A DNA stretch of 64,000 nt. Source: Bacteroidaceae bacterium. GTDB lineage: Bacteria; Pseudomonadota; Gammaproteobacteria; Burkholderiales; Burkholderiaceae_F. Each line of letters opens with the position of its first letter. Position 1 is the first letter of the stretch. The notes beneath the pieces were generated by a model, which had not been told where the DNA came from, ran no database searches, and was given only the letters and a program-made list of their open reading frames with translations. This document shows positions 39,516 through 48,878 of the stretch, piece after piece. The stretch spans positions 403 through 64,402 of the forward strand of contig CAVJUW010000003.1 of NCBI GenBank assembly GCA_963652725.1. Direction: 5' to 3'. A program made the position numbers and the translations under genes.

Positions 39516-40146
39516 AAAGGTCTCTAAGCGAGTCTGAAACGCTTACTTCCAATACGCCTACCTCGTGCCAGGCTGTTTTCGCGTCAGCAAGACTTGCACC
39601 CACATCAATAGCGCGACTTGCATCAAGCACTACATGCGACTTAAAGCCAAAAGCGGCCGCATCAAGCGCCGTCCAAGAAACACAAAAATCCAAAGCCAAA
39701 CCGCAGACCCAAACAGAGTCCACGCCGAGCTCACGAAGGTAGCCTGCGAGTCCCGTTTTTGTCACGCGATCGGCTTCCATAAACCCGGAGTAACTATCGC
39801 AAAGGCTATGCGTTCCCTTTCGAACAATCGCGTTGGCGTAATTGACCTGTAACGCATCACTAAATTGCGCGCCTTCTGTTCCCGCTACACAATGGGCTGG
39901 CCAAAGAAGCTGTGTGCCGTAAGAGGTAGCGACGCTATCGCCAACTTTTGCGCCAGCGTGATTTTTCGCAAAGCTCACGTGATTTTCTGGATGCCAATCG
40001 GCTGTGCAAACGACAATGTGTCCTAAATCATGAAAGGCTTTCATTAAGCGATTGACGGGCTCGATGACAGCGTCTCCTCCTGTTACGGGAAGTGCGCCTC
40101 CTGGCAAAAAGTCATTTTGTATATCGACGACAAGTAAGGCTTTCAT
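39514..40146 (-). CDS. pncA: Nicotinamidase/pyrazinamidase
   Basis: VDIQNDFLPGG, DWHP..H, WPAHC, RKG, GLALDFCV. Confidence 0.93.
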   Translation of the reverse strand: MKALLVVDIQNDFLPGGALPVTGGDAVIEPVNRLMKAFHDLGHIVVCTADWHPENHVSFAKNHAGAKVGDSVATSYGTQLLWPAHCVAGTEGAQFSDALQVNYANAIVRKGTHSLCDSYSGFMEADRVTKTGLAGYLRELGVDSVWVCGLALDFCVSWTALDAAAFGFKSHVVLDASRAIDVGASLADAKTAWHEVGVLEVSVSDSLRDL

Positions 40147-41222
40147 AGTGCACCTTTGTTAAGTTCCTCTCGTGTTTCTTCCCACAATTGAGAAATCGCC
40201 TCTTTTGTTGATTTAGGCGCGAGGCCTGGAACACTTGTCCCACACGAAAGATCAGCGTACTCGATTGTGCGAGTCTCTTTGGCTAATTCAAAAATCGGTC
40301 TCATGCATTCGAGCTGAGCAGGATACTCAATTGCCTTAACGTGAGCTTCATCTAACGCTCGGATGAGTTCCGTGGGAATCGCTCTTGTTAAGCGACCAGA
40401 AATCAGTCGCGTAAAGCGTGCTGTTGTGTCGCTCGCGAATTCCAAGGCCTCTTCATACATTTCATGCATAGCGCACTCTTTCGTACGAAGTAGATAGGTC
40501 CCCACTTGCAAAGCGCTTGCTCCCAATAGCAAAGCTGCTGCCCCTTGAGCACCTGAAGCAATGCCACCAGAGGCAATCACGGGTAAAGCAGTTGAACGAG
40601 CCGCTGGCCCCACTAGGCTCATAAGAGAAATGAGGGCCTTATCCGTATCTTCAAATGAAAGACGTGGGCCACCAGCTTCTGCGCCCTGCACTACAACAGC
40701 ATCCACGCCTGCTGCTCTTTGCACTTTCGCCTCACGTAGTGTTGTTGCCGCCCCAATTAAAAGAGGTTTCTTTCCCGTTTCCTTTGCGCGACTTTCGAGT
40801 TTCTCAACGTAAATCTCTCTTAGGCCCCCGAAAGAAACCTGAATGGCAGCAACATCACTTTTGAGAACTGCGTCAAACTGCGCATCAAAATGAGGTAGAT
40901 TTTTTCTTCTCTCAAGATGATTTTCTTCCCTCAGAAGACTTAGTGCTTCTAAAAGCGCCTCAGAACCTGCCTCGTTACGCTTTACCGGGATTCGCAAATT
41001 CACAGCAAAAGGCTTTTTCGTTAACGCTCGAAGCTCTTTAATGGCCTTAGTAATCTCGTCGGCCTCTAGGAAATCGAGTGGTAAAACACCTAAGCCCCCA
41101 GATTCGCTGACAGCGGCAACCATCTCCGTCGTTACAACGCCACTCATCGGAGCATTAAGAATCGGCTTCTCAACTCCAAAAAGATCTGTGAATTTCTTTA
41201 TGCGTTCTCGAATGCTATTCAT
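40143..41222 (-). CDS. Nitronate monooxygenase-family FMN protein (divergent)
   Basis: NAPMSG, PFAVNL, VVQGAEAGG, PVIASGGI, GASALQVGT. Confidence 0.8.
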   Translation of the reverse strand: MNSIRERIKKFTDLFGVEKPILNAPMSGVVTTEMVAAVSESGGLGVLPLDFLEADEITKAIKELRALTKKPFAVNLRIPVKRNEAGSEALLEALSLLREENHLERRKNLPHFDAQFDAVLKSDVAAIQVSFGGLREIYVEKLESRAKETGKKPLLIGAATTLREAKVQRAAGVDAVVVQGAEAGGPRLSFEDTDKALISLMSLVGPAARSTALPVIASGGIASGAQGAAALLLGASALQVGTYLLRTKECAMHEMYEEALEFASDTTARFTRLISGRLTRAIPTELIRALDEAHVKAIEYPAQLECMRPIFELAKETRTIEYADLSCGTSVPGLAPKSTKEAISQLWEETREELNKGAL

Positions 41223-41950
41223 TCTTTCTTACTCGCTAAAAGAGCTTTCAATGCTGCTGACGCGACTGTCATTCCCATTGTCGCTGTAACAGGCATTACC
41301 GTACCAAATACGCCGCCTTCTTTTTGCCGCATGGGTTCGGTTGAAAAGGCCGCTAAGACCCCAAAAGGTTTAGAGCGCTTCATAGACCCGGCGGGAAAGC
41401 CATGTTTTTTCCGTAATGTGTAGCGTAATTTCGATAAGAGGGGATCGTCGGTGACGTGCGCTAAATCGGCCAAATGAATTTGCGTTGGATCTAATCGTCC
41501 TCCGGCGCCGCCAGAAACAATCACAAAGTTTTTCTTACGCCGTGCCTCTAAAAGAATCGCAATCTTCGCATCAACATCATCGACGCATTCGAGAACAACA
41601 GCGCCCTCTGGGATGATGGCTGCCACATTCTCACTCGTGACTCTTTCGCAGAGCACTTCAATCACAGCCTCTGGATTAATCGCTTGAAGGCGTTCGGCAA
41701 GAACCTCGGCTTTTAATCTGTCGTAGTTACCTTCTAAGGCTTCTGATTGGCGATTGGTATTGCTTGCTGCAACCGTATCCATATCCACAAGCCGCAAGTG
41801 GCCGATGCCAGAGCGAGCCATTGCTTCCGCGGCCCAGGATCCTACGCCTCCAAGACCGACAATCACGGCCTTCGATTGCCGCAAGTGGTTTAGTACTTCC
41901 TTACCCAATAGGCGTGTTAAAACAACAAAACGTTCTTCGTATGTGAGCAT
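41219..41950 (-). CDS. tcdA: tRNA threonylcarbamoyladenosine dehydratase (ThiF family)
   Basis: GLGGVGSWAAEAMARSG, SNTNRQ, GGAGGRLDPT, DPLL. Confidence 0.85.
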   Translation of the reverse strand: MLTYEERFVVLTRLLGKEVLNHLRQSKAVIVGLGGVGSWAAEAMARSGIGHLRLVDMDTVAASNTNRQSEALEGNYDRLKAEVLAERLQAINPEAVIEVLCERVTSENVAAIIPEGAVVLECVDDVDAKIAILLEARRKKNFVIVSGGAGGRLDPTQIHLADLAHVTDDPLLSKLRYTLRKKHGFPAGSMKRSKPFGVLAAFSTEPMRQKEGGVFGTVMPVTATMGMTVASAALKALLASKKE

Positions 41951-41953
41951 TTT

Positions 41954-42661
41954 CTACACTTCCCAGCAAGCCCAACGGTGCACTTTCCTGTTTTCAATAA
42001 GTGCTTCGTATTCCGTGGGGTCTCCGACGTTACTCCAAAAGCCCCGATGCACTTCACCTGTGATTTTGTGACCCCAAAGCCAGGGGAAAAGTTTCGCACG
42101 TTCTTCTTTTAATCCGGCAAATATTCTTGGAGCCACAATCATGAGGCACCCATAGGTATAGGGACCGGCACCCGCAATAACGCGTCCGTCTGAGGCTAAA
42201 TCCAAGTCTCCTCTTGTGTGATAGCTTGGATTGGCCACACAAATCAAATGTGCATCCATGCGGCCAGCAATCACATCGTCTTTTTTCGCTATGAGCTTTT
42301 TTAAATCAAAGTCGTGAGCGATATCTCCTGCAAGAACCAAAAAGGGCTCTTTACCATCGCTTAAAAGCGGCAAGGCTTTCACTATGCCCCCTAAGCTTTC
42401 TAGGGCGGATTCAGCAGTACTGCCCTCTTTACTCAGAGTGATATGAATCCCTTTTTTCTCATAAAAAGCAGGAACCGATTGGAATTTATCTGCTAAATGC
42501 GCGGTATTCATGACAACATCGGTGATGCCTGCTCGAAAACACGCTGCCAAATTCCAATCGCAAAGGCGCACATCGCCGATGGGTAAAAGGGGTTTTGGCG
42601 TTTTATCGGTTAAGGGTCTAAGCCGAACGCCGCGCCCTGCTGCAAGAATGAGAGCTTTCAC
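41954..42661 (-). CDS. murU: MurNAc alpha-1-phosphate uridylyltransferase-like nucleotidyltransferase
   Basis: ILAAGRGVRLRPLTDKTPKPLL, LES.GGI..ALPLL; immediately downstream of amgK. Confidence 0.75.
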   Translation of the reverse strand: MKALILAAGRGVRLRPLTDKTPKPLLPIGDVRLCDWNLAACFRAGITDVVMNTAHLADKFQSVPAFYEKKGIHITLSKEGSTAESALESLGGIVKALPLLSDGKEPFLVLAGDIAHDFDLKKLIAKKDDVIAGRMDAHLICVANPSYHTRGDLDLASDGRVIAGAGPYTYGCLMIVAPRIFAGLKEERAKLFPWLWGHKITGEVHRGFWSNVGDPTEYEALIENRKVHRWACWEV

Positions 42662-42673
42662 AGGGCATCTCGC

Positions 42674-43693
42674 TTAAAAGGTTGTCGCTTCGAGGGTTTT
42701 CCCTTCTTCGAAGCGATCTAATAAGTAGTTCAAACTCTTTAACTCGTCGTAGCGATTGGCTGTGCGTCGCACGTATTCGATAAAGCGCGGGGTATCGGCT
42801 AAATACTTGGGCTTCCCATCGCGATAGTTAATACGCGCGAAAATTCCCAAGACTTTAAGGTGCCGCTGCAATCCCATCCATTCCACATCGCGCCAGAAAG
42901 CTCCGAAATCACTTGGAACGGCAATGCCAGATGCGCGAGCCTTTTCCCAATAACGAATCGTCTGGTCAATGACAAAATCCTCTGGCCACGAGATAAATGC
43001 ATCGCGTAGCAAAGAGGCGATGTCGTAGCTTACGGGCCCGTAAAGCGCATCCTGAAAGTCGATAACGCCAGGAAGTTTTCCCGTAGAGACCATCAAGTTG
43101 CGTGGCATGAAATCGCGATGCACAAAGACTTTCGCTTCAGATAGGTTATTAGCCACAATGCGCGAGAAAACCTTCTCTAAATTCGCCTTTTCCTTTTCTG
43201 TCATCGTGTAGTGGCGGTGCCTTGCAACGTACCACTCGGGAAAAAGATTTAATTCGCGACGAAGAACCGCTTCATCATAAGGCGGTAGTACCCCTTCTTG
43301 GCTCGCTTTTTGCCAAGAAATAAGTTCTTCGATTGCTCCTTCAAAAAGGGTGGCGGCATTTTCTTTATCAAGAATGTCTAGATAGGTCTTTTTCCCCAAG
43401 TCGCTCATCAAAATAAAGCCACTTTCTTCGCTCACTTCAAAAAGCTCGGGAACATGAAGCCTGGCGTTTTGCATCAAAGCTTGTACTTTAAGGTACGAAG
43501 TAATCGGCTCACGTTCAGGAGGCGCATCCATCAAAATGAATGTGGCACCCGTTTCACTTTCAATGCGGAAATACCGCCGAAAGCTTGCATCGGCACTTGC
43601 AGGACGAAGTGTCTCTTTTTTTAAACCATATTTATTTGTGAAGGCATTAAGCCAGCAAAGCAATTCCTCAAGGCGCGCATCGAGCTCTTGCAT
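42674..43693 (-). CDS. amgK: Anomeric MurNAc/GlcNAc kinase (APH-like phosphotransferase)
   Basis: ADASFRRYFR, MDAPP, HRDFMPRNL, IDFQDA, QRHLKVLGIFAR; divergent from lptD. Confidence 0.85.
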   Translation of the reverse strand: MQELDARLEELLCWLNAFTNKYGLKKETLRPASADASFRRYFRIESETGATFILMDAPPEREPITSYLKVQALMQNARLHVPELFEVSEESGFILMSDLGKKTYLDILDKENAATLFEGAIEELISWQKASQEGVLPPYDEAVLRRELNLFPEWYVARHRHYTMTEKEKANLEKVFSRIVANNLSEAKVFVHRDFMPRNLMVSTGKLPGVIDFQDALYGPVSYDIASLLRDAFISWPEDFVIDQTIRYWEKARASGIAVPSDFGAFWRDVEWMGLQRHLKVLGIFARINYRDGKPKYLADTPRFIEYVRRTANRYDELKSLNYLLDRFEEGKTLEATTF

Positions 43694-43837
43694 TTTTTTC
43701 CTTCGTTTCTTTTCTTTGGGACTCCTTTTTCTTTCGGAAAGCTTGCCTTAGAGCCCCTATAATCACCATATTGCGTGTTGGCTCCCTCCTATGGGAAGGA
43801 GCAAACACATCTTGATTTGCGCAACTATACCGTGTTT

Positions 43838-46177
43838 ATGTCAAGCTCGATTCGACCTTTTCGCCTTCTTACAACCGCTTCGGCTGTCATTGCTGCCTTA
43901 GCGGCTTTTCCCACATACGCACAAGAGTCCAAAGGAGTGCTTGCGCCTCCTGAGATCTCTCAGAAGATCACTAATATGACTCCTGAGGATATCCCTTGGG
44001 TTTCTTCTGAACGACTTGAAGCCAATAGCACGGGTGAAGAAGGCGACGCGTTACTTGCCTTTGCCGAAGAAATTAGCGGCTCGCCCGAAACTGAAATCGT
44101 TTTAAAGGGTGAGGCCGAACTTCGCCGTGCGGGATCAACCGTTAAAGCCGACCGCATCGTTTACAAACAATACGAGGATACGGCTCGTGCCATCGGTAAC
44201 GCAGAAGTCTCGCGTTCTGGAATGACTTTCCGCTCGCCAGAAATTACCTACAAGATGGATTCGCAAAGTGGCGAAGCGAACGACGTTGAGTTCGAATATG
44301 CGCCAACCCGCCTCAGAGGCGAGGCCGCTTGCGTGCGCTTCCAATCGGGCGATACGACCGATATGGAAAATTCGATTATCACCACCTGCCGCAAAGGTGA
44401 CGATAGTTGGTGGATTGAACTCGATAAGCTCACCATCGATGAATTCGACCAAACAGGTGTCGGTCGCAATGCCGTTTTAAAGATTAAAGGCGTTCCTGTT
44501 GCAGGAGTTCCTTGGTTTATGTTCCCTGCTGGCGGCAAGCGCCAAAGTGGACTACTCGCTCCCTCTTTATCGATTAGTAAGAACCGCGGTCTTGATATCG
44601 CCATTCCCTACTACTGGAACATCGCTCCCAATTACGACTACACCATTACGCCTCGCATTATGACGAACTCTGGCGTGATGCTTAGCAACGAGATGCGTCT
44701 TTTAACGAAAGACTTCTCCGCGGAACTCTATGGCGACTATATGCCACACGATAGTTCCGATGATGCGCCTGACTCCGCTCGTTGGGCCGTGTCGGGAAAA
44801 CTTTCGGGTAAAACCGCAGGCATCGGTTATGGGATTGATTACACCAAAGTCTCTGACGATAACTACACATCGGACTTTGGTAATAGCTTGAAAGACAGTT
44901 CTGACTCAGTGTTAACACAGGACTTCTGGATTAATTTCTCCCGCAAATACATCAACGGCCAAATCAGTGTCCGCAAGAATCAAGCTTTGGATATCGACGG
45001 AAAGGTTACCGATAAGCCTTATGAAAAGGTCCCTGAAATAAAACTCTCGGGCTATGCAGCAAACGTCGCGGGTTTTGAACTGAGTACGAACCTTGAGGCC
45101 ACACGCTTTAAACATCCAACGAAAGTTGAAGCTGACCGTTTTGTCTTCGATCAAGTCGTAAGCTACCCTTTGCAGGGCGCAAGCTGGTTTGTCACGCCTC
45201 GCGCTGAACTCATTAGCACGTGGTACAACCTCGATAAGTCGCTTACCACCAATGGTGACAAGCATCCAAACTACACCGTTCCAGTTCTTTCTTTGGATGC
45301 GGGTTTAACCTTTGAGAGAGAAACCACAGTTGGTGGACGCGGCACAACACAAACACTTGAACCGCGCGTCTTTTATACCTACGTCCCGCATAAGGACCAA
45401 AGCGAAATTCCTGTCTTTGATACGTCGTTATCTGACATGAATTTTGCGCAACTTTTCACGCAAAATGCTTGGTCAGGCTATGACCGCATTGATGAAGCCA
45501 ATCACGTCACAACGGCTCTTACGACACGCTTTTTGGACGATGAAACAGGCGCCGAGTGGTTTAGAGCTGCCATCGGTCAACGCTTTTATTTGGACGACTA
45601 TTATCAATATGGCACCGACAGACGACGCTACAGCATTGAAGATAACAAATCCGATTTCTTAGCAAGCGTTGGCGCCAAACTTTTTAGCGACATAACAATC
45701 ACGGGGTTTGGCCAGTACAACTACGATAGGAAAGACTTAAATCGCGCCAGTTTCGGTATTCGTTGGCAACCTAAGCCCATGAGCGTTGTTGGTTTGTATT
45801 ATCGCTACAACCACGTAAACAACCCGGAATCCGATCTTAACTTTAAGCAGATTGACCTTTCTGCCCAGTGGCCGATTTCAGGAAGACTTTACGGTTTAAC
45901 ACGCTTAAATTACTCGCTACTGAAAAAGCGTTGGGTCGAAGCTCTCGCAGGCTTTGAGTACGTTGCCGATTGCTGGACAGTGCGTCTCGTTGGTCAGCGC
46001 TACATCACAAGCGAAGATAAAAACGAAACGCGGTTTTTCGTGCAACTTGAACTGCACGGCTTAGGATCTGTGGGTTCGAGCCCGCTTGAAACACTCAGAG
46101 AAGGCATCCCTGGATACCAAGCGCAAAGAAGAACATTGGCACCAGGCCGTTTCGGAGCCTTTGACTACTATCAGTAA
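43838..46177 (+). CDS. lptD: LPS assembly outer-membrane protein LptD
   Basis: Signal peptide, TTC, RQSGLL.P, PYYWNIAPNYD, LEPR.FY, G.DRI..AN, DCW, QLEL.GL; ATG 43838 preferred. Confidence 0.95.
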   Translation: MSSSIRPFRLLTTASAVIAALAAFPTYAQESKGVLAPPEISQKITNMTPEDIPWVSSERLEANSTGEEGDALLAFAEEISGSPETEIVLKGEAELRRAGSTVKADRIVYKQYEDTARAIGNAEVSRSGMTFRSPEITYKMDSQSGEANDVEFEYAPTRLRGEAACVRFQSGDTTDMENSIITTCRKGDDSWWIELDKLTIDEFDQTGVGRNAVLKIKGVPVAGVPWFMFPAGGKRQSGLLAPSLSISKNRGLDIAIPYYWNIAPNYDYTITPRIMTNSGVMLSNEMRLLTKDFSAELYGDYMPHDSSDDAPDSARWAVSGKLSGKTAGIGYGIDYTKVSDDNYTSDFGNSLKDSSDSVLTQDFWINFSRKYINGQISVRKNQALDIDGKVTDKPYEKVPEIKLSGYAANVAGFELSTNLEATRFKHPTKVEADRFVFDQVVSYPLQGASWFVTPRAELISTWYNLDKSLTTNGDKHPNYTVPVLSLDAGLTFERETTVGGRGTTQTLEPRVFYTYVPHKDQSEIPVFDTSLSDMNFAQLFTQNAWSGYDRIDEANHVTTALTTRFLDDETGAEWFRAAIGQRFYLDDYYQYGTDRRRYSIEDNKSDFLASVGAKLFSDITITGFGQYNYDRKDLNRASFGIRWQPKPMSVVGLYYRYNHVNNPESDLNFKQIDLSAQWPISGRLYGLTRLNYSLLKKRWVEALAGFEYVADCWTVRLVGQRYITSEDKNETRFFVQLELHGLGSVGSSPLETLREGIPGYQAQRRTLAPGRFGAFDYYQ

Positions 46178-46195
46178 ACCGCAACTCATTCTTTT

Positions 46196-46248
46196 AGAGA
46201 GTGTCGATAAAGCCGAGTTTTTTGGCTAACTCACACTCTCTTTTTTTT
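46196..46248 (+). terminator. Long imperfect hairpin with T-tract after lptD
   Basis: AGAGAGTGT...ACACTCTCT enclosing AGCCGAG/TTTGGCT, followed by a T run. Confidence 0.55.
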
Positions 46249-46344
46249 GAGTGGAGAACGCCCCAATCATTGCACGGAAAAAAAAGGCGGAACCACTACT
46301 TTCATTTTCGCGATTCCGATGCATCAAACATTTAGAGGCGTTTC

Positions 46345-47283
46345 TTACGCAACAGATTTTTTTGAACTTCCACTTTTCGACTTGAGTACTTTCTTTGCCG
46401 TATCAATAAAAGCTCGCGCTGCATGCGACAAGTATCGACCGCGTTTCCACGCAAGGGAAACTTTGTTTTCAGGTAGCGAATTTCCTAATGAATAAAGCGA
46501 GACGTTCTTCGCATAGCAATCCTGCGCAATCGTAGAGGGAATTAAAGCCCCTCCGACACCCGTGGAAATCAATGCTGGTACCGTAAGAATCGATTGCGTC
46601 ACAAGTGCGACTGGCAGATTGACGTGATATTCCTCACAGAGCTGCAGGTAGTATTTCTGGAAAATCTGTCCGTACTGCATGATGATAAAAGGCGTGCCAT
46701 CGAGAGCCGCAAAATCAATTCGAGGGAATTTTCCGTTCTTTTTCGTTGGATGCGCTTTCACATACGGGTGTTGCGCAGGAAGACCCACCAAAACTTTTTC
46801 AGAATAAATAGGAAGCGTTTCTAATGCCTGCGGCGCCATCGCTGTGATTACAAAGGCGCAATCGACTTTTCCTGTTGCTGCTAAATCTGCAATATGACTC
46901 GTTGTCCCTTCTTCGATCCTAACCATGATATCGGGATATTCGTTTTTAAAGGCACTGAGAATCGGATTCAAAATTGTTCCTGTTCGATAAGCGGTCGAGC
47001 CGATACGAATCTCACCTGTCTTAAATCCCCTTCGATCAGAAAAATATTGCCGACACTCGCGATCGATTCGTTCAATTTGCCGTTGCGATTCGAGTAGTTT
47101 TTCGCCTTCTGGTGTTAACTGCCACGGCGTTTGTGAGCGATCGAAAATCTCAATACCGTAATCATTTTCCACACGCTTGATGTATTGGCTTAATGCGGGT
47201 TGAGAAAGAAAGAGGCGACGCCCTGCAGCGGCAACGGAACCTGTTTCTATGATCGCTTCCAAATGCTTGAGTATCGTATTCAT
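46345..47283 (-). CDS. LysR-family transcriptional regulator
   Basis: GSVAAAGRRLFLSQPALSQYIKRVE HTH, LTPEG, substrate-binding domain; divergent from the amidohydrolase. Confidence 0.93.
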   Translation of the reverse strand: MNTILKHLEAIIETGSVAAAGRRLFLSQPALSQYIKRVENDYGIEIFDRSQTPWQLTPEGEKLLESQRQIERIDRECRQYFSDRRGFKTGEIRIGSTAYRTGTILNPILSAFKNEYPDIMVRIEEGTTSHIADLAATGKVDCAFVITAMAPQALETLPIYSEKVLVGLPAQHPYVKAHPTKKNGKFPRIDFAALDGTPFIIMQYGQIFQKYYLQLCEEYHVNLPVALVTQSILTVPALISTGVGGALIPSTIAQDCYAKNVSLYSLGNSLPENKVSLAWKRGRYLSHAARAFIDTAKKVLKSKSGSSKKSVA

Positions 47284-47299
47284 GGGATGCCTCGTACTT

Positions 47300-47333
47300 A
47301 ATATTTTTGTTAATTATCTTCAACATAAATAAT
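47300..47333. promoter_or_regulatory. AT-rich dyad, candidate LysR binding site
   Basis: AATATTTTTGTT-N10-AACATAAATAAT (10/12 inverted match) next to the lysR start. Confidence 0.35.
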
Positions 47334-47447
47334 ATTTGTCAAATAGGTAGCCCCTTCCTAAAATCTCTTTCGTTTTTTGAAGCTTCGCGAATCTTCTTGA
47401 AAATCAAGCTGATATTTAGCCTCAGTTCCTACGAAAAAAGAATTTTT

Positions 47448-48857
47448 ATGTTTGACCTCATCATCCGAAATGGCCGCGTTGTTGATTACAAAAATCACAT
47501 CAACACCGTGACCGACATTGCAATCAAAGACGGAAAAATCGTTCATGTTGGGCCAGCTAAAGAAAAAGCTCGCGAAGAAATCGACGCCACGGGATTACTT
47601 GTCGTCCCAGGAATTGTCGATAGCCACATGCATGCCTCCTCTTGGCTTGCGGGCCCTTTAAGCTTTCGCATGCTTGCCGCCGCTGGCGTTACCACAGCTA
47701 TGGAAATGGCAGGCCCCTTAGAGTGCGTTAAACGCTACATGCGCGAAAACGGCACGGGCCTTAATGTGGCCTGTCTTGAATACCTAAGGGCAGGAGAAAA
47801 TCTTCCTAACAACGACCCTTCTCTTTGCGATATTCGTCGTGTTGCAACTAACGCACTTAGCCGCGGCGCTTTTGGAATCAAGCTTTTGGGCGGTCACTAC
47901 CCCATTACGCTTAAGGCAGAAGAGACGCTCCTTGAGTACGTGGCGCAAAACCATATCTGGTTAGCGATTCACGCAGGGTCTCTTGAGCACGGATCGAATA
48001 TTGAAGGTATGCGTGAAGTCATTGAATTAGCCAATGGCACACCATTTCACCTCTGCCACATCAACGCTTATTGCCGAGGCGGCATCAAAGCCATAGAAGA
48101 TGAAATCGCCGAGGCTGTTTCTTTACTTGAAGCGTATCCCGAGATTGATACGGAAAGTTATCTTTCTCCCATTAACGCTTGCGCAGGAAAATGCATCAAT
48201 GGCATCCCTGAGAGCAATGTCACAAAAAATTGTCTTGCACTAAAGGGTTACAGCGCCACTGAAGAAGGACTGCGTGCTGCTCTGAAAGACGGCTTTGCTC
48301 GAGCTCATAAAACAGAAAACGGTCTAACAGAACTTGCCGAGGTTGATGAAAGCGTTTCTATTTGGGAGTCTCATAGTACTGATACCCCCATTAGTTTTTA
48401 CGTAAACCCTTCTCTTTCTTGTTTTTATTTCGCGACAAAGAAAAGAAAGAATGGACACTATCTTGTCGACAGTTTCTGTACCGACGGCGGTGGAATTCCA
48501 AGAAACGTCATTATCCAAAATGGCTTATCCCTTGTGAGATTTGGCGCCATGACTTTAGAAGAGTTCGTCCTGAAATCAAGCTTTGCCGCCGCTCAGCTTA
48601 TGGGACTAAAAACAAAAGGCCATTTTTCGGAAGGTGCTGATGCTGATATCACGATTATCGATTTCAACGAGCAAACTCCTATTCACTCCTTTGTCATGGG
48701 TCATCCCATCCTTCTTCATAAAAAGATTGTCGGCAAAGGAGGCACTCTTATTACAACAAAAGACGGCGAACAAGCCGCAAGAAACGCAGGCCTCGGAACC
48801 TATGTCGTCGATATGGACGAGATTTTTGAGTACCGAGCCAAGCGCTTTAATCGCTAA
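47448..48857 (+). CDS. Metal-dependent amidohydrolase (dihydroorotase/D-aminoacylase-like fold)
   Basis: DLIIRNGRVVD, PGIVDSHMH, GIKLLGGH, IHAG, HLCH, TDGGG, KGHF.EGADAD; ATG 47448 preferred. Confidence 0.88.
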   Translation: MFDLIIRNGRVVDYKNHINTVTDIAIKDGKIVHVGPAKEKAREEIDATGLLVVPGIVDSHMHASSWLAGPLSFRMLAAAGVTTAMEMAGPLECVKRYMRENGTGLNVACLEYLRAGENLPNNDPSLCDIRRVATNALSRGAFGIKLLGGHYPITLKAEETLLEYVAQNHIWLAIHAGSLEHGSNIEGMREVIELANGTPFHLCHINAYCRGGIKAIEDEIAEAVSLLEAYPEIDTESYLSPINACAGKCINGIPESNVTKNCLALKGYSATEEGLRAALKDGFARAHKTENGLTELAEVDESVSIWESHSTDTPISFYVNPSLSCFYFATKKRKNGHYLVDSFCTDGGGIPRNVIIQNGLSLVRFGAMTLEEFVLKSSFAAAQLMGLKTKGHFSEGADADITIIDFNEQTPIHSFVMGHPILLHKKIVGKGGTLITTKDGEQAARNAGLGTYVVDMDEIFEYRAKRFNR

Positions 48858-48878
48858 AACCACAAAAGGAACCCAACT

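Noticed and set aside
46070..46086. GGTTCGA T-loop-like motif (also at 661)
   Set aside because: Inside coding sequence with no cloverleaf context; not a tRNA
46247..46495. 82-aa ORF after lptD as a surA remnant
   Set aside because: No SurA similarity, starts in the terminator T-tract and overlaps lysR antisense
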